Numbered from the stretch's first letter, positions 1 to 10,168 are shown. The stretch is 64,000 nt of DNA from Candidatus Omnitrophota bacterium (GCA_030632085.1 DAOVJY010000004.1:16000-79999), one strand, 5' to 3'. The notes: generated from the sequence alone by a model not told the origin. Numbers and translations: made by a program.

Positions 1-477
1 TATAAAGATAAGATTAAATCAAAGAGTCAGCTATTAAAAGAAATCAAAAGGCTTAAAAAAGCTAAGAAAAAAATCGGTTTTACCAACGGGTGCTTTGACA
101 TAATTCATCCCGGGCATGTAAAATACCTTGAAGATGCCAAAAATAAATGCGACATTCTCATTGTCGCCATAAACACCGACAGTTCGACAAAAAAAATTAA
201 AGGTGACCAAAGGCCTATAAATAACCAAAAAGCACGGCAAATCGTCATAGCTTCACTGGAAGCTGTTGATTTTGTGGTTCTTTTTGATGAGCTGACACCT
301 CTTAAATTAATATGTCAGGCAAAACCGGATGTGCTGATAAAAGGAGCTGACTGGAAAAAGGAAGATATAGTCGGAGCCAAAGAAGTCTCTTTATATGGCG
401 GCAAAGTCTCAAGGATTACTTTTCTAAAGGGTTATTCAACAAGCGCCATCATCAAAAGGATAGCTGCTGGATTATAA
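1..477 (+). CDS. Cytidylyl/adenylyltransferase, RfaE domain II-like (heptose-1-phosphate adenylyltransferase-like); 5' end outside window
   Basis: Frame 1 is open from nt 1; translation ...LKKAKKKIGFTNGCFDIIHPGHVKYLEDAK...DVLIKGADWKKEDIVGAKEV... shows the (H/T)xGH nucleotidyltransferase motif (GCFDIIHPGH) typical of RfaE-II/TagD-type cytidylyltransferases; stop TAA at 475-477. Confidence 0.75.
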   Translation, partial: YKDKIKSKSQLLKEIKRLKKAKKKIGFTNGCFDIIHPGHVKYLEDAKNKCDILIVAINTDSSTKKIKGDQRPINNQKARQIVIASLEAVDFVVLFDELTPLKLICQAKPDVLIKGADWKKEDIVGAKEVSLYGGKVSRITFLKGYSTSAIIKRIAAGL

Positions 478-909
478 ATGAAAATAGCACTTTATAGAAT
501 TATAGATGCTAATTACAATCGCCTGAAAGAAGGCTTAAGAGTTTGCGAAGATGTAATTAGATTTGCCTTTTCAAACGAAAGCTTAACACGCGATTATAAA
601 ACTCTAAGGCATAGCGTTACAGACGCGTTTAAGAAACTTGACATAGAACAAACAGAGTTGCTTGAATCGCGCGACTCCGAACAAGACGCGGGAAAAAAAA
701 CGCCTCGCTATGAGCTTAATAAAAAACGCCTCGAAGATTTATTTTTAGCTAATTTACAAAGAGCTAAAGAGTCGGCGAGGGTATTAGAAGAAACCTCCAA
801 GCTGGTAAATAAAAAAGCCGCGTTGCAATTTAAGGATATAAGATACAAGCTCTATGAACTTGAAAAAAAAACTTTTAAAAAAATCTCATCTTTATGTGAT
901 CGTAGATGA
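478..909 (+). CDS. Hypothetical protein, possible ThiE-associated N-terminal domain (separate ORF or frameshifted fusion with thiE)
   Basis: 143-aa ORF immediately upstream of thiE, overlapping it by 56 nt in another frame; junction lies in A9/A7 homopolymer runs (860-885). Confidence 0.4.
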   Translation: MKIALYRIIDANYNRLKEGLRVCEDVIRFAFSNESLTRDYKTLRHSVTDAFKKLDIEQTELLESRDSEQDAGKKTPRYELNKKRLEDLFLANLQRAKESARVLEETSKLVNKKAALQFKDIRYKLYELEKKTFKKISSLCDRR

Positions 910-1489
910 AGATATAGATAGCGCAAAAAAAGTTATCGCGCATGGCGCGGATATCGTCCAGCTAAGAATAAAAAACAAAAGTGATAAATTTATACTTCAG
1001 AAGGCGCGGCAATTAAGAAAGTTTACAAAAAAACATAACGTTCTTTTTTTGATTAATGATAGAATTGATATAGCCAAACTTACGGATGCTGACGGTGTCC
1101 ACTTAGGCCAAGAAGATACAAGTATTGAAGCCGCCCGGAAATTTTTGGGAACTAAGTATATAATTGGAACTTCAACTCATTCTTTAAACGAAGCAAAGAA
1201 ATCATTACTCCAAAAACCCGACTATATAGCTATTGGTTCTATCTTTAAAACAGCTACCAAGCCGCATTTAAGGCCATTGGGAATAGGTAGAGCACTAAAA
1301 ATTATTGACCATACTACCATCCCTTATTTTGTTATTGGAGGAATTAATTTAAGAAACATTAATGCTCTCACGCGGCGAGGAATAAACAGAATTGCCCTTT
1401 ATAAAGCTATCATAAAAACAAAAAATCCGGAAATCATAACAGGAAGGTTTAAAGGTATTTTAGCGGATCATGAAAACGCTTATAGATAA
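854..1489 (+). CDS. thiE: Thiamine-phosphate synthase
   Basis: Motifs HLYVIVDED, GADIVQLRIKN, GVHLGQED, IGTSTHS, DYIAIGSIFKTATKP, FVIGGI typical of ThiE TIM barrel. Confidence 0.88.
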   Translation: MNLKKKLLKKSHLYVIVDEDIDSAKKVIAHGADIVQLRIKNKSDKFILQKARQLRKFTKKHNVLFLINDRIDIAKLTDADGVHLGQEDTSIEAARKFLGTKYIIGTSTHSLNEAKKSLLQKPDYIAIGSIFKTATKPHLRPLGIGRALKIIDHTTIPYFVIGGINLRNINALTRRGINRIALYKAIIKTKNPEIITGRFKGILADHENAYR

Positions 1490-2756
1490 AATCAGAAACA
1501 AACAACTGCCTCCCATAGTAAAAAAAATCGCGAAATCAGAAGGTTTGAATCCAAAAAAATTGGCCGATGACATAAAAAATGGATACGCGGTTATATGCTT
1601 TAACCATAAACACTCGCCTAATAAACCTTGCGCTGTCGGCAAAGGCCTAAAAACCAAGGTTAATGTAAATATTGGTACCTCTCCGGACTTTAGCAGCCTT
1701 AAAAATGAATTAAAAAAGCTTGATATAAGTTTGAAATATGGCGCGGACGCGGTTATGGATTTAAGTACAGGCGGCAATTTAAGACAAATAAGGCGTAAGA
1801 TAATCAGTAAATGTCCTGTTTCCGTAGGAACAGTACCCATATATGAAACAGCGGTCTTAAACGCTAAAAAAAATAAAAAAATTAGAGATATGAAGATTGA
1901 AGACATTTTTGATGCCGTCCGGCGCCAGGCGGAGGATGGAGTTGATTTCATGACGCTTCATTGCGGCCTCACCCTTGAGACTATAAAAAGATTGAAAAAT
2001 GAGGGAAGGTTACTTAATATAGTCAGCCGCGGAGGTGCTTTTTTAGCTAATTGGATGATGCATAACAATAAAGAAAATCCTCTATACGAACATTACGATG
2101 AGCTGCTTGATATACTGCGTGACTTTGATGTAACTATTTCACTAGGCGACGGTTTAAGGCCAGGCTGTATAGATGACGCTACAGACCGCTCCCAAATACA
2201 GGAACTAATTTTTTTGGGTGAATTAGCCCAGAAAGCTAATAAAAGGGGAATTCAGGCGATTATTGAAGGGCCGGGCCATGTACCATTAAATGAAATTAAA
2301 ACCAATATGCAAATACAGAAAAAGCTTTGCAACAACGCTCCATTTTATGTCCTGGGGCCTTTAGTAACTGATTCAGCATTAGGTTATGACCATATTGCCG
2401 CCAGCATAGGAGCCGCTATAGCGGCAACTTACGGAGCCGACTTCATTTGCTACCTAACTCCCGCTGAACATCTGGGCCTTCCGTCAAATGAAGACGTAAA
2501 AGAAGGCTTAATTGCTACTCGCATAGCGGCGCACGCGGCTGATGTAGCCTCCGGTAATAAAAAAGCTATCTTAAGAGATAAAATGCTTTCGCAAGCCAGA
2601 AGAAAAAGAGACTTCAAGCTGCAATTTGATTTAGCGCTTGAGCCAAGAAAAGCAAAAGCTAAATACAAAGAGCTAAAGGCAAAAAAGAAAGATGTATGTT
2701 CAATGTGTTCTGAATTTTGCGCAATCAAAACAATGGAAGAGGTGCTTAAAAAATGA
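1470..2756 (+). CDS. thiC: Phosphomethylpyrimidine synthase (radical SAM)
   Basis: Conserved ThiC blocks (NVNIGTS, MDLSTGG, GYDHIAASIGAAIAA..GADFICYLTPAEHLGLP) and C-terminal CSMCSEFCAIK cluster. Confidence 0.95.
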   Translation: MKTLIDKIRNKQLPPIVKKIAKSEGLNPKKLADDIKNGYAVICFNHKHSPNKPCAVGKGLKTKVNVNIGTSPDFSSLKNELKKLDISLKYGADAVMDLSTGGNLRQIRRKIISKCPVSVGTVPIYETAVLNAKKNKKIRDMKIEDIFDAVRRQAEDGVDFMTLHCGLTLETIKRLKNEGRLLNIVSRGGAFLANWMMHNNKENPLYEHYDELLDILRDFDVTISLGDGLRPGCIDDATDRSQIQELIFLGELAQKANKRGIQAIIEGPGHVPLNEIKTNMQIQKKLCNNAPFYVLGPLVTDSALGYDHIAASIGAAIAATYGADFICYLTPAEHLGLPSNEDVKEGLIATRIAAHAADVASGNKKAILRDKMLSQARRKRDFKLQFDLALEPRKAKAKYKELKAKKKDVCSMCSEFCAIKTMEEVLKK

Positions 2757-3652
2757 GTTTATTAGTTGTCGGTTCGGTTGCTTACGATTCAATTGAATCT
2801 CCGTATGGAAAAAAAGATAATGTCCTGGGAGGTTCCGCTCTTTACTTCTCATTGGCCGCGAATTACTTCAGCAAAGTGAAACTTGTAGCTGTTGTAGGAG
2901 AAGATTTCAAAAAAGGTGATATTAACTTTTTAAGAAAAAAAGGGATTGATATAAGAGGGTTGGAGATTGCCAAAGGAAAAACTTTCCGATGGAAGGGAAA
3001 ATATTCAGCTGATTTAAATCACCGCGAAACTATTTACACCCATCTAAACGTCTTTGAAACCTTCAAACCAAAACTTCCGGCAGACTATAAACGCAGTAAG
3101 TATGTTTTTTTAGCTAATATTGATCCCGACTTACAACTTGAAGTTTTAAATCAAATAGAAAATCCAATACTTACAGCATGTGACACTATGAATTTATGGA
3201 TAGATAATAAAAAGAAAAGTTTATTAAAAGTTCTAAAGAAGATACAAATCTTTATTGTTAATGATTCTGAAGCTAAGGATTTAAGCGAAAAGCATAATTT
3301 AATTAAAGCCGGGGAAAGCCTATTAAAAATGGGGCCTAAAATGGTAATTATTAAAAAAGGTGAGCATGGGGCTATAATTTTTGGTAAAAACTTTAAATTC
3401 TCATCAGCGGCTTATCCACTGGAAGAAACCCTGGATACTACCGGTTCCGGTGATGTTTTTGCGGGTGGATTTATGGGCTACATGGCTAAGACAAAGAAAT
3501 TAAACCAAACTAACTTTAAAAACGCGGTTATATATGGTAGTATATTAGCATCTTATAATGTGGAGGCATTCTCCATAGAAAAATTGAAGAAGTTAAAGAA
3601 ATCTGATATTGATAAAAGGTACAAAGAGTTCAAAAAGTTAACCAGCTTTTAA
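2753..3652 (+). CDS. PfkB-family carbohydrate/nucleoside kinase (ribokinase-like)
   Basis: N-terminal VVGSVAYDSI..GGSALYFSLAA and C-terminal DTTGSGDVFAGGF anion-hole motif of ribokinase superfamily; ATGA overlap with thiC. Confidence 0.8.
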   Translation: MSLLVVGSVAYDSIESPYGKKDNVLGGSALYFSLAANYFSKVKLVAVVGEDFKKGDINFLRKKGIDIRGLEIAKGKTFRWKGKYSADLNHRETIYTHLNVFETFKPKLPADYKRSKYVFLANIDPDLQLEVLNQIENPILTACDTMNLWIDNKKKSLLKVLKKIQIFIVNDSEAKDLSEKHNLIKAGESLLKMGPKMVIIKKGEHGAIIFGKNFKFSSAAYPLEETLDTTGSGDVFAGGFMGYMAKTKKLNQTNFKNAVIYGSILASYNVEAFSIEKLKKLKKSDIDKRYKEFKKLTSF

Positions 3653-3722
3653 ACGCGGACGTGATTTAATGGTAGAATGAGAGCTTTCCAAGCTCTATAC
3701 GAGGCGTCCGATCCATAATGTT

Positions 3723-4415
3723 ATGAAAGAAAAAAATTTAGTCATATACTTAATTCTTTGTTGCTTATTTTGCTCGGTATTCTGCGCCGGATGCAAAACA
3801 ACCAGAAGCTCAAGGTCAACTTTAGCCAATATTCAATCAGTTCCCGGTAGATACCACAAAGTAAAAAAAGGGGAGACCTTATGGGGTATTTCAAAATCAT
3901 ACGGCCTCAGCTTAGATGAAATAATTAAAGTTAACCGCATCTCAGACGCCTCCATTATCAAGGTGGGCCAGTTAGTCTTTATACCTAATAAACCGGGCAA
4001 ACCGCTCAAGCAACAAGCATATCAGCCTCCCATTAAAGCGGAAGGTAATTTTCTCTGGCCGGTAAAGGGAAAAGTTGTTAGCTGCTACGGAATTAAGTAT
4101 AACGGCATTAAGTCAAAAGGGATTAGAATAAAAGCCAGACGAGGGCAAGAAGTCAAAGCGGCTCGATCAGGCACAGTATCCTTTTGCGAAGATAAACTTA
4201 AAGGTAAGGGCAAAACTATAATCATAGATCATAGGGACGGTTTTTTAACCGTTTACGCGCACAATTCAGAAAATCTGGTAGATTTAGGGGAAAAAGTAGG
4301 GCAGGGACAGGTTATCGCGTTAATCGGTAGTACCGGCCGCTCAGAATATCCGCAGCTTTATTTTGAAATAAGAAAAGGACACAAACCCCAGAACCCATTT
4401 TATTATTTACCATGA
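3723..4415 (+). CDS. LysM-domain M23 family metallopeptidase lipoprotein (NlpD-like)
   Basis: Lipobox-like signal (..FCAGCKTT), LysM segment ([28 protein letters not shown]), M23 motifs (IDHRDGFLTVYAHNSE, GSTGRSEYPQLYFEIR). Confidence 0.85.
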   Translation: MKEKNLVIYLILCCLFCSVFCAGCKTTRSSRSTLANIQSVPGRYHKVKKGETLWGISKSYGLSLDEIIKVNRISDASIIKVGQLVFIPNKPGKPLKQQAYQPPIKAEGNFLWPVKGKVVSCYGIKYNGIKSKGIRIKARRGQEVKAARSGTVSFCEDKLKGKGKTIIIDHRDGFLTVYAHNSENLVDLGEKVGQGQVIALIGSTGRSEYPQLYFEIRKGHKPQNPFYYLP

Positions 4416-4702
4416 GCATATTAGATAAAATAAAAAAACTTTTTAGCTTAACCCCAAAGAATGAACATATTTCATTTAATATCAAGTGCGGCAAATGCCA
4501 AGAAATCATTACCGTCCATGTCAGCCCGACTAATGATCTCATGAATCAATATACAGACTTGAAGGATTCAGGCCCCGCTTACATACTAAAAAAAGAAGTT
4601 TTAGGTAATAATTGCAATAATTTAATGAAACTCACGGTAGAATTTGATAAAAATTATAACGTTATATCAAAATCCGCGGAAGGCGGAGAAGTTATCTCAT
4701 AA
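4412..4702 (+). CDS. Hypothetical small protein (CxxC motif)
   Basis: 96-aa ORF, ATGA-coupled to upstream gene; CGKCQ motif; no recognisable family. Confidence 0.45.
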   Translation: MSILDKIKKLFSLTPKNEHISFNIKCGKCQEIITVHVSPTNDLMNQYTDLKDSGPAYILKKEVLGNNCNNLMKLTVEFDKNYNVISKSAEGGEVIS

Positions 4703-4708
4703 ATAATT

Positions 4709-5203
4709 ATGCTAAAAGTCGGCGTAATCTCAGATACTCATATACCTATTAATTCGTTGAATATCTCAAGTGAAATAAAAAAACATTTTAAAGGCGTTGA
4801 TTTAATTCTTCACGCGGGAGATTTGATTAGCTTGGATGTCTTAAACGATTTAAAAAAAATTGCGCCCGTAACCGCGGTCTCGGGCAATATGGACAATTTT
4901 GATGTAAAAGCAAAGCTTCCCAAAAAACAAGTCATTAAGATAGATAAATATCGCATCGGATTAATACATGACCCCGGGAATCTGAAGAAAAAAGAGGAGA
5001 TATTAAAAAATTATTTCCCGACTGATAAATTAGACATATTAATCTACGGGCATACTCATGTGCCCGCTTGTGATACTTATAAAAAAACAATTTTTTTTAA
5101 CCCCGGAAGTGCCACTGATACAATTTTCGCGCCCTACAAATCTGTGGGCTTAATATATCTGAATTCAACCTTAAAAACAAACATAATAAAACTGAAAGAT
5201 TAA
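4709..5203 (+). CDS. Metallophosphoesterase, YfcE/MJ0936 family
   Basis: VISDTH, ILHAGDL, GNMD, IYGHTHVP, FNPGSAT motifs of calcineurin-like phosphodiesterase. Confidence 0.85.
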   Translation: MLKVGVISDTHIPINSLNISSEIKKHFKGVDLILHAGDLISLDVLNDLKKIAPVTAVSGNMDNFDVKAKLPKKQVIKIDKYRIGLIHDPGNLKKKEEILKNYFPTDKLDILIYGHTHVPACDTYKKTIFFNPGSATDTIFAPYKSVGLIYLNSTLKTNIIKLKD

Positions 5204-5206
5204 ATA

Positions 5207-6199
5207 ATGCATTTAATAAGCCTGCAATTTGCTTTCTTTTTCATTGTTATCATTTTAGCGGGTTGGCGATTATCCGATTACGCTCAAAAAATATCAAAAA
5301 AATCATTATTCCCGGAAGGCCTTTTTGGTGTTATCTTTCTGGCTATAATCACTTCATTGCCTGAGATATTTACCAGTATTGGCTCTGTCACTGTTGTTAA
5401 TTATCCAAACATGGCAGCCTCTGACGCTCTGGGGTCAATATTTATAAATTTAATTATTATTGTGTTCTTAGACATAGTGCAGGGCAAAGGCGGAATACTC
5501 TCAATCGCCAGCAAGAAACATATCCTGACGGCCAGCTTAACGATTGCGGTCCTTGGAATAGTCTTGACTTCGCTTTTACTTAGAAAAATAGCAAACATAA
5601 ACCTGGGCTTCTTCAACATAGGCCTTGATAGCATTGTAATAATTGTTATATATATATTCTGCGTAAAACTTTTAGTTAATTACGGCACTGAGGAAATAGT
5701 TAAAGAAGCTAACGCGTCTAACGATTTAGGGCTCTTGTGGGTTAAATTTATTATTGCCGCTATATTAGTAGTTATTTCAGGTTTTAGATTAGCATCATTA
5801 GGCGGAGAAATAGTCACCCATACCGGTTTAAATGATAGCTTTGTAGGCCTGGTTTTTCTGGCTGTAGCAACTTCTTTACCGGAATTAATTGTTTCATGGT
5901 CAGCCGTTAAACGCGGATCGATAGATATGGCCGTAGGTAATATTCTGGGGAGTAATTTCTTTGATACGGCCATCATTCCGATAACTGATATATTTTATCG
6001 AAGTAATCAAATAATGGCTGACTTAAATATTTCACACATATTTACTATTACTTTATGCATGATAATGACAGCTATTATTATTAGCGGTTTAATTTACCGC
6101 AGTAAAAAAACAATTCTTAAGCTTGGTTGGGATGTCTTTTTCATGGTAATAATCATTGTTGTTTCAATTGTCTTCTTTTATATAACAAATTTTAGTTAG
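5207..6199 (+). CDS. Ca2+/cation antiporter, CaCA family (YrbG-like)
   Basis: Polytopic membrane protein with two alpha-repeat motifs (FLAIITSLPEIFTSIGS and FLAVATSLPELIVSWSA; GNILGSN). Confidence 0.8.
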   Translation: MHLISLQFAFFFIVIILAGWRLSDYAQKISKKSLFPEGLFGVIFLAIITSLPEIFTSIGSVTVVNYPNMAASDALGSIFINLIIIVFLDIVQGKGGILSIASKKHILTASLTIAVLGIVLTSLLLRKIANINLGFFNIGLDSIVIIVIYIFCVKLLVNYGTEEIVKEANASNDLGLLWVKFIIAAILVVISGFRLASLGGEIVTHTGLNDSFVGLVFLAVATSLPELIVSWSAVKRGSIDMAVGNILGSNFFDTAIIPITDIFYRSNQIMADLNISHIFTITLCMIMTAIIISGLIYRSKKTILKLGWDVFFMVIIIVVSIVFFYITNFS

Positions 6200-6208
6200 G
6201 AGATATTA

Positions 6209-6685
6209 ATGGATAGACTCTGGGCTCCCTGGCGCTCCAAATACGTAAAATCAAAAAAAGATAAGGGTTGCATCTTCTGCACGAAACCCAAACAGAAGAA
6301 AGATAAAGCCAACTATATAATCAAAAGAAGAAAGCATTGCTTTGCTATTTTAAATATTTTTCCTTACAATAACGGCCATGTAATGGTAGCGCCGTACAGG
6401 CATGTAAGCGATTTAGATGACTTAAAAAAAGACGAACTTGTAGAAATTATGGAGTTAACGCAAGAAATAATAAAAAAACTCAAGCAAATACTAAAACCAT
6501 GCGGCTTTAACTGCGGATTCAACCTAGGTGAAGTCGCCGGAGCAGGGTACGCGGATCACTTACATATCCACATCGTTCCAAGGTGGCAAGGTGATACTAA
6601 CTTTATACCTATTATCGGTAACGCAAAGGTCATTCCTCAATCATTAGATGATTTATATAAACGTTTAAGAACTGAAAAAAAATAA
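6209..6685 (+). CDS. HIT-family nucleotide hydrolase/transferase
   Basis: Histidine triad HLHIHIVPR; NGHVMVAPYRHV. Confidence 0.85.
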   Translation: MDRLWAPWRSKYVKSKKDKGCIFCTKPKQKKDKANYIIKRRKHCFAILNIFPYNNGHVMVAPYRHVSDLDDLKKDELVEIMELTQEIIKKLKQILKPCGFNCGFNLGEVAGAGYADHLHIHIVPRWQGDTNFIPIIGNAKVIPQSLDDLYKRLRTEKK

Positions 6686-6690
6686 ATACT

Positions 6691-9600
6691 ATGCAACATT
6701 CAGATTTTGTTCATCTGCACAATCACACTCTCTTTAGTCTTCTGGACGGCGCCTGCCACCTAAAAGATATAATGGAAGCAGCCCATAAATATAAAATGCC
6801 CGCCGTAACCATTACAGATCATGGGAACATGTTTGGCGCCATAGAATTCTACCTGCAAGCAGTTAATTATGGCCTCAAACCCATAATCGGAGTGGAAATA
6901 TACCTTGCTCCCGGTTCTCGCTTTGATAAAACAGCGCGGCTGGGAAAAGATACCGCCAACCATTTAACTCTCTTAGCAAAAAACGAAGACGGTTATAAAA
7001 ACCTTATGAAATTGGTTTCTATCGGTTATCTCGAAGGCTTCTATTATAAACCACGAGTTGATATTGAATCCCTAAAAACCCATTCCAATGGCCTGATAGC
7101 ATTAAGCGGCTGCTTAAAAGGAAGATTACCGCGACTAATCATGACAAATAATCAGGATGAAGCCAAAAAGTTAGCCGTTGAGTTATGTGAAATATTTGAA
7201 GGTGATTTCTATCTTGAGCTTCAAGATCACGGCATGCGGGAACAGAAAGAATTAAACCGCCGACTCATTAAACTCTCCAAAGAGTTAAATATTCCATTGG
7301 TAGCTACTAACGATGTTCACTATATTAAAAAAGAACATGCCAGGGCTCACGAAGCTTTACTTTGCCTGCAGACTCAAACAACCCTTGATGATCCTAATCA
7401 CATGCGGCTGCAGACTGATGAGTTTTACTTTAAAAGTCCCCAGGAGATGAAGGAAATATTCAAAGAGGTTCCCGAAGCCATCAAAAACACTATGGAAATA
7501 ACCAAAAAGTGTAACCTTGAGCTATCTTTTGATAAAGATTACCTACCAAAATTTAAGCCTCCCAAAGGTATAAGTAACAACAACTACTTAAATCAGCTTT
7601 GCTATGAAGGGGCAAAGAAGAAATTTAATATCATTTCCGATGAACTCAAAAAAAGACTGGATTACGAATTAAATATTATTGAAAAATCCGGTTTCACAAG
7701 TTATTTTCTTATGGTTTGGGATTTTGTTAAGTTTGCTAAAAATCAAAATATAATGGTCGGCCCCGGACGAGGTTCGGTGGGCGGAAGCGCTGTGGCTTAT
7801 TCGCTGGACATAACCAATATTGACCCCATAAAACATGATTTAATTTTTGAAAGATTTCTTAATCCGGAAAGAATAAGCATGCCTGATATTGATATTGACT
7901 TCTCTGATGAACGCAGGCAAGAAGTCATCGATTATGTTACCAACAAGTACGGCAAGAATAATGTAGCCCAGATTATAACTTTCGGAACCATGGCCGCTCG
8001 AGCTGTAATTCGCGATGTCGCCCGTGTAATGAATTTTACCTACGCGGAAGCTGATAAGTTAGCTAAGCTAATACCCGCAGACCCCAAAATGACACTAACA
8101 AAGGCATTGAAAATAGAGCCGGAATTAAATAATCTCTATAAAAATGATGAAAGAATTACCCAATTAATTGATACTTCAAAAATCCTTGAAGGCTTAAAAA
8201 GACATGCTTCAATGCATGCCGCCGGCGTCGTTATTTCCGAAGACGAATTAACTAATCATGTACCTCTATTTAAAACAAGTGAAGGTCAGATAACCACCGG
8301 CTACGACATGGAGTCACTTAAAAAAATCGGCTTGGTCAAAATGGATTTTCTGGGGCTAAAAACTTTAACGGTTATTGAAAAAACCTGCAAGATCATAAAA
8401 AGAGTAGAAGGGGTGGACATTGATATTGACAATTTACCCCCGGATGATAAAAAAACATTTAAACTTTTAAGTAACTCAAGATCCCTGGGTGTATTCCAGC
8501 TTGAAAGCAGCGGTATGCGCGACTTACTCAGAAAACTTAAGCCTGAAGTTTTTGATGACGTCGTTGCTTTGCTTGCCCTTTACAGGCCGGGCCCGCTGGG
8601 TAGCGGCTTAGTTGATGATTTCATTCATCGAAAACATGGCAGGGCAACAACAAAATACCTGCATCCGAAATTGAAACCCATACTGGAAGAAACTTACGGA
8701 ATCCTCTTGCACCAAGATCAAATTATGGTTATGGGTGTTGAGTTAGCGGGTTTTTCTTTTGCTCAGGCCGATATTTTAATGAGAGCTATCAGCAAAAAAA
8801 AACCGGAACAAATGGAACAACTTCACGGTGACTTTATCATCGGCGCGGTAAAAAGAGGAATTAGCGAAAAAATAGCCGAAAAAATATTTACCCTTATTTC
8901 ACATTTTACAGGATACGGATTCAACAAAGCCCATACAACATGCTACGCGGCTATTGCCTATCAAACGGCATACCTTAAGGCAAACTACCCTATAGAATTC
9001 CTTGCAGCCCTTCTAACAAGTGAAAAGGGCAGCGCGGAAAAAATTGCTCTGTATATAGAAGACGCTAAAAGTTTTAAAATAGAAACACTGCCGCCGGACG
9101 TCAATGAAAGTTTTGCTGAATTTACCGTTGTCAAAGATACTAATTCTATAAGATTCGGATTATCCGCCGTAAAAAATGTAGGGCGGGGAGCTATCGATTC
9201 AATTATAAAGGCCAGAATAAAAGGGCACAAGTTTACTTCTTTGTATGATTTTGCCAGCCGCATTGATACAAGGTTGGTTAATCACCGAGTTATCGAAAGC
9301 CTTATTAAATGTGGTGCCTTTAGCAGCTTTCATCTAAAACGATCACAACTAATGTCTATCTTAGACAAAACGCTGGAAGCCGCAAATAGGCTCCATAAAG
9401 ATAAAGCGGCGGGACAAATGTCTTTCCTGAATGATATAGATGACCAAAACGGATTCAAGAACAGTTTCACAAATATACCGGATATAGAAGAGTGGCCAGA
9501 AAGCCAAATATTAGCCTACGAAAAACAATATCTTGGATTTTATATTACAGGACACCCATTAGCCCAATACGCCAACTCACTAAAATTCTTTTCAAAATTG

Positions 9601-10143
9601 TCAATTTCTCAACTTAAAGAAGGTACTGACGGCCAAGAAATCTCCATCGCGGGAGTTATTGCTAAAATTCGCAAAACCGTGACTAAAAAAAAGGGAGAGA
9701 GAATGGCTATATTGCGCTTTGAAGACCTCACCGGGCAAACCGATGTCTTGGTATTCCCCAAAGCTTACAGCAAATCAAGCGAGGCAATTACCGATGACGC
9801 GATTGTGCTTATAAAAGGCCGCTTGAATCTCAAAGAAGAAAGCCCTAAGATTATTGCCGATGAAATTATGCCTATCAAAGAAGCTAGAAATAAATACACC
9901 GCTGCTATAGAGGTTAATCTTTATACAGCCGGATTAGAAGAAAAAACCCTGCAGTCCTTAAAAAACGTATTAGCAGAACACCCCGGAATAACCCCGGTCT
10001 ATCTTAACTTCATAGAACCTAATGGGAAAAAGCAGAAAATGCTCATCAAGAATGACATAAAAGTCAAAGCCGAAGAAGCCTTACTCGAAAAAATTGAGAA
10101 AATCCTCGGCCAAGACGCGGTGACTATTCAAGTTTACCCTTGA
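6691..10143 (+). CDS. dnaE: DNA polymerase III alpha subunit
   Basis: 1150 aa; PHP domain N-terminus (FVHLHNHTLFSLLDGA), polymerase core blocks (GPGRGSVGGS, FERFLNPER..MPDIDIDF), OB-fold C-terminus. Confidence 0.97.
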   Translation: MQHSDFVHLHNHTLFSLLDGACHLKDIMEAAHKYKMPAVTITDHGNMFGAIEFYLQAVNYGLKPIIGVEIYLAPGSRFDKTARLGKDTANHLTLLAKNEDGYKNLMKLVSIGYLEGFYYKPRVDIESLKTHSNGLIALSGCLKGRLPRLIMTNNQDEAKKLAVELCEIFEGDFYLELQDHGMREQKELNRRLIKLSKELNIPLVATNDVHYIKKEHARAHEALLCLQTQTTLDDPNHMRLQTDEFYFKSPQEMKEIFKEVPEAIKNTMEITKKCNLELSFDKDYLPKFKPPKGISNNNYLNQLCYEGAKKKFNIISDELKKRLDYELNIIEKSGFTSYFLMVWDFVKFAKNQNIMVGPGRGSVGGSAVAYSLDITNIDPIKHDLIFERFLNPERISMPDIDIDFSDERRQEVIDYVTNKYGKNNVAQIITFGTMAARAVIRDVARVMNFTYAEADKLAKLIPADPKMTLTKALKIEPELNNLYKNDERITQLIDTSKILEGLKRHASMHAAGVVISEDELTNHVPLFKTSEGQITTGYDMESLKKIGLVKMDFLGLKTLTVIEKTCKIIKRVEGVDIDIDNLPPDDKKTFKLLSNSRSLGVFQLESSGMRDLLRKLKPEVFDDVVALLALYRPGPLGSGLVDDFIHRKHGRATTKYLHPKLKPILEETYGILLHQDQIMVMGVELAGFSFAQADILMRAISKKKPEQMEQLHGDFIIGAVKRGISEKIAEKIFTLISHFTGYGFNKAHTTCYAAIAYQTAYLKANYPIEFLAALLTSEKGSAEKIALYIEDAKSFKIETLPPDVNESFAEFTVVKDTNSIRFGLSAVKNVGRGAIDSIIKARIKGHKFTSLYDFASRIDTRLVNHRVIESLIKCGAFSSFHLKRSQLMSILDKTLEAANRLHKDKAAGQMSFLNDIDDQNGFKNSFTNIPDIEEWPESQILAYEKQYLGFYITGHPLAQYANSLKFFSKLSISQLKEGTDGQEISIAGVIAKIRKTVTKKKGERMAILRFEDLTGQTDVLVFPKAYSKSSEAITDDAIVLIKGRLNLKEESPKIIADEIMPIKEARNKYTAAIEVNLYTAGLEEKTLQSLKNVLAEHPGITPVYLNFIEPNGKKQKMLIKNDIKVKAEEALLEKIEKILGQDAVTIQVYP

Positions 10144-10168
10144 CATTTCCGCTTTTATTATGTATTAT
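10140..10168 (+). promoter_or_regulatory. Putative sigma-70 promoter for HU gene (-35 TTGACA, 17 bp, -10 TATTAT)
   Basis: TTGACA at 10140-10145, TATTAT at 10163-10168, 47 nt upstream of HU start with GGGGG RBS. Confidence 0.4.

Noticed and set aside
1460-1951. 163-aa minus-strand ORF
   Set aside because: It is entirely antisense to the highly conserved thiC/thiE coding sequence, has low-complexity composition and no RBS.
3655-3714. Possible tRNA-Gly(UCC) gene
   Set aside because: Only an acceptor-like stem and an anticodon-like hairpin are present. There is no T-arm (GTTCGA-type) and no base-paired D-arm, and the length is about 60 nt. It is kept only as a generic structured element.
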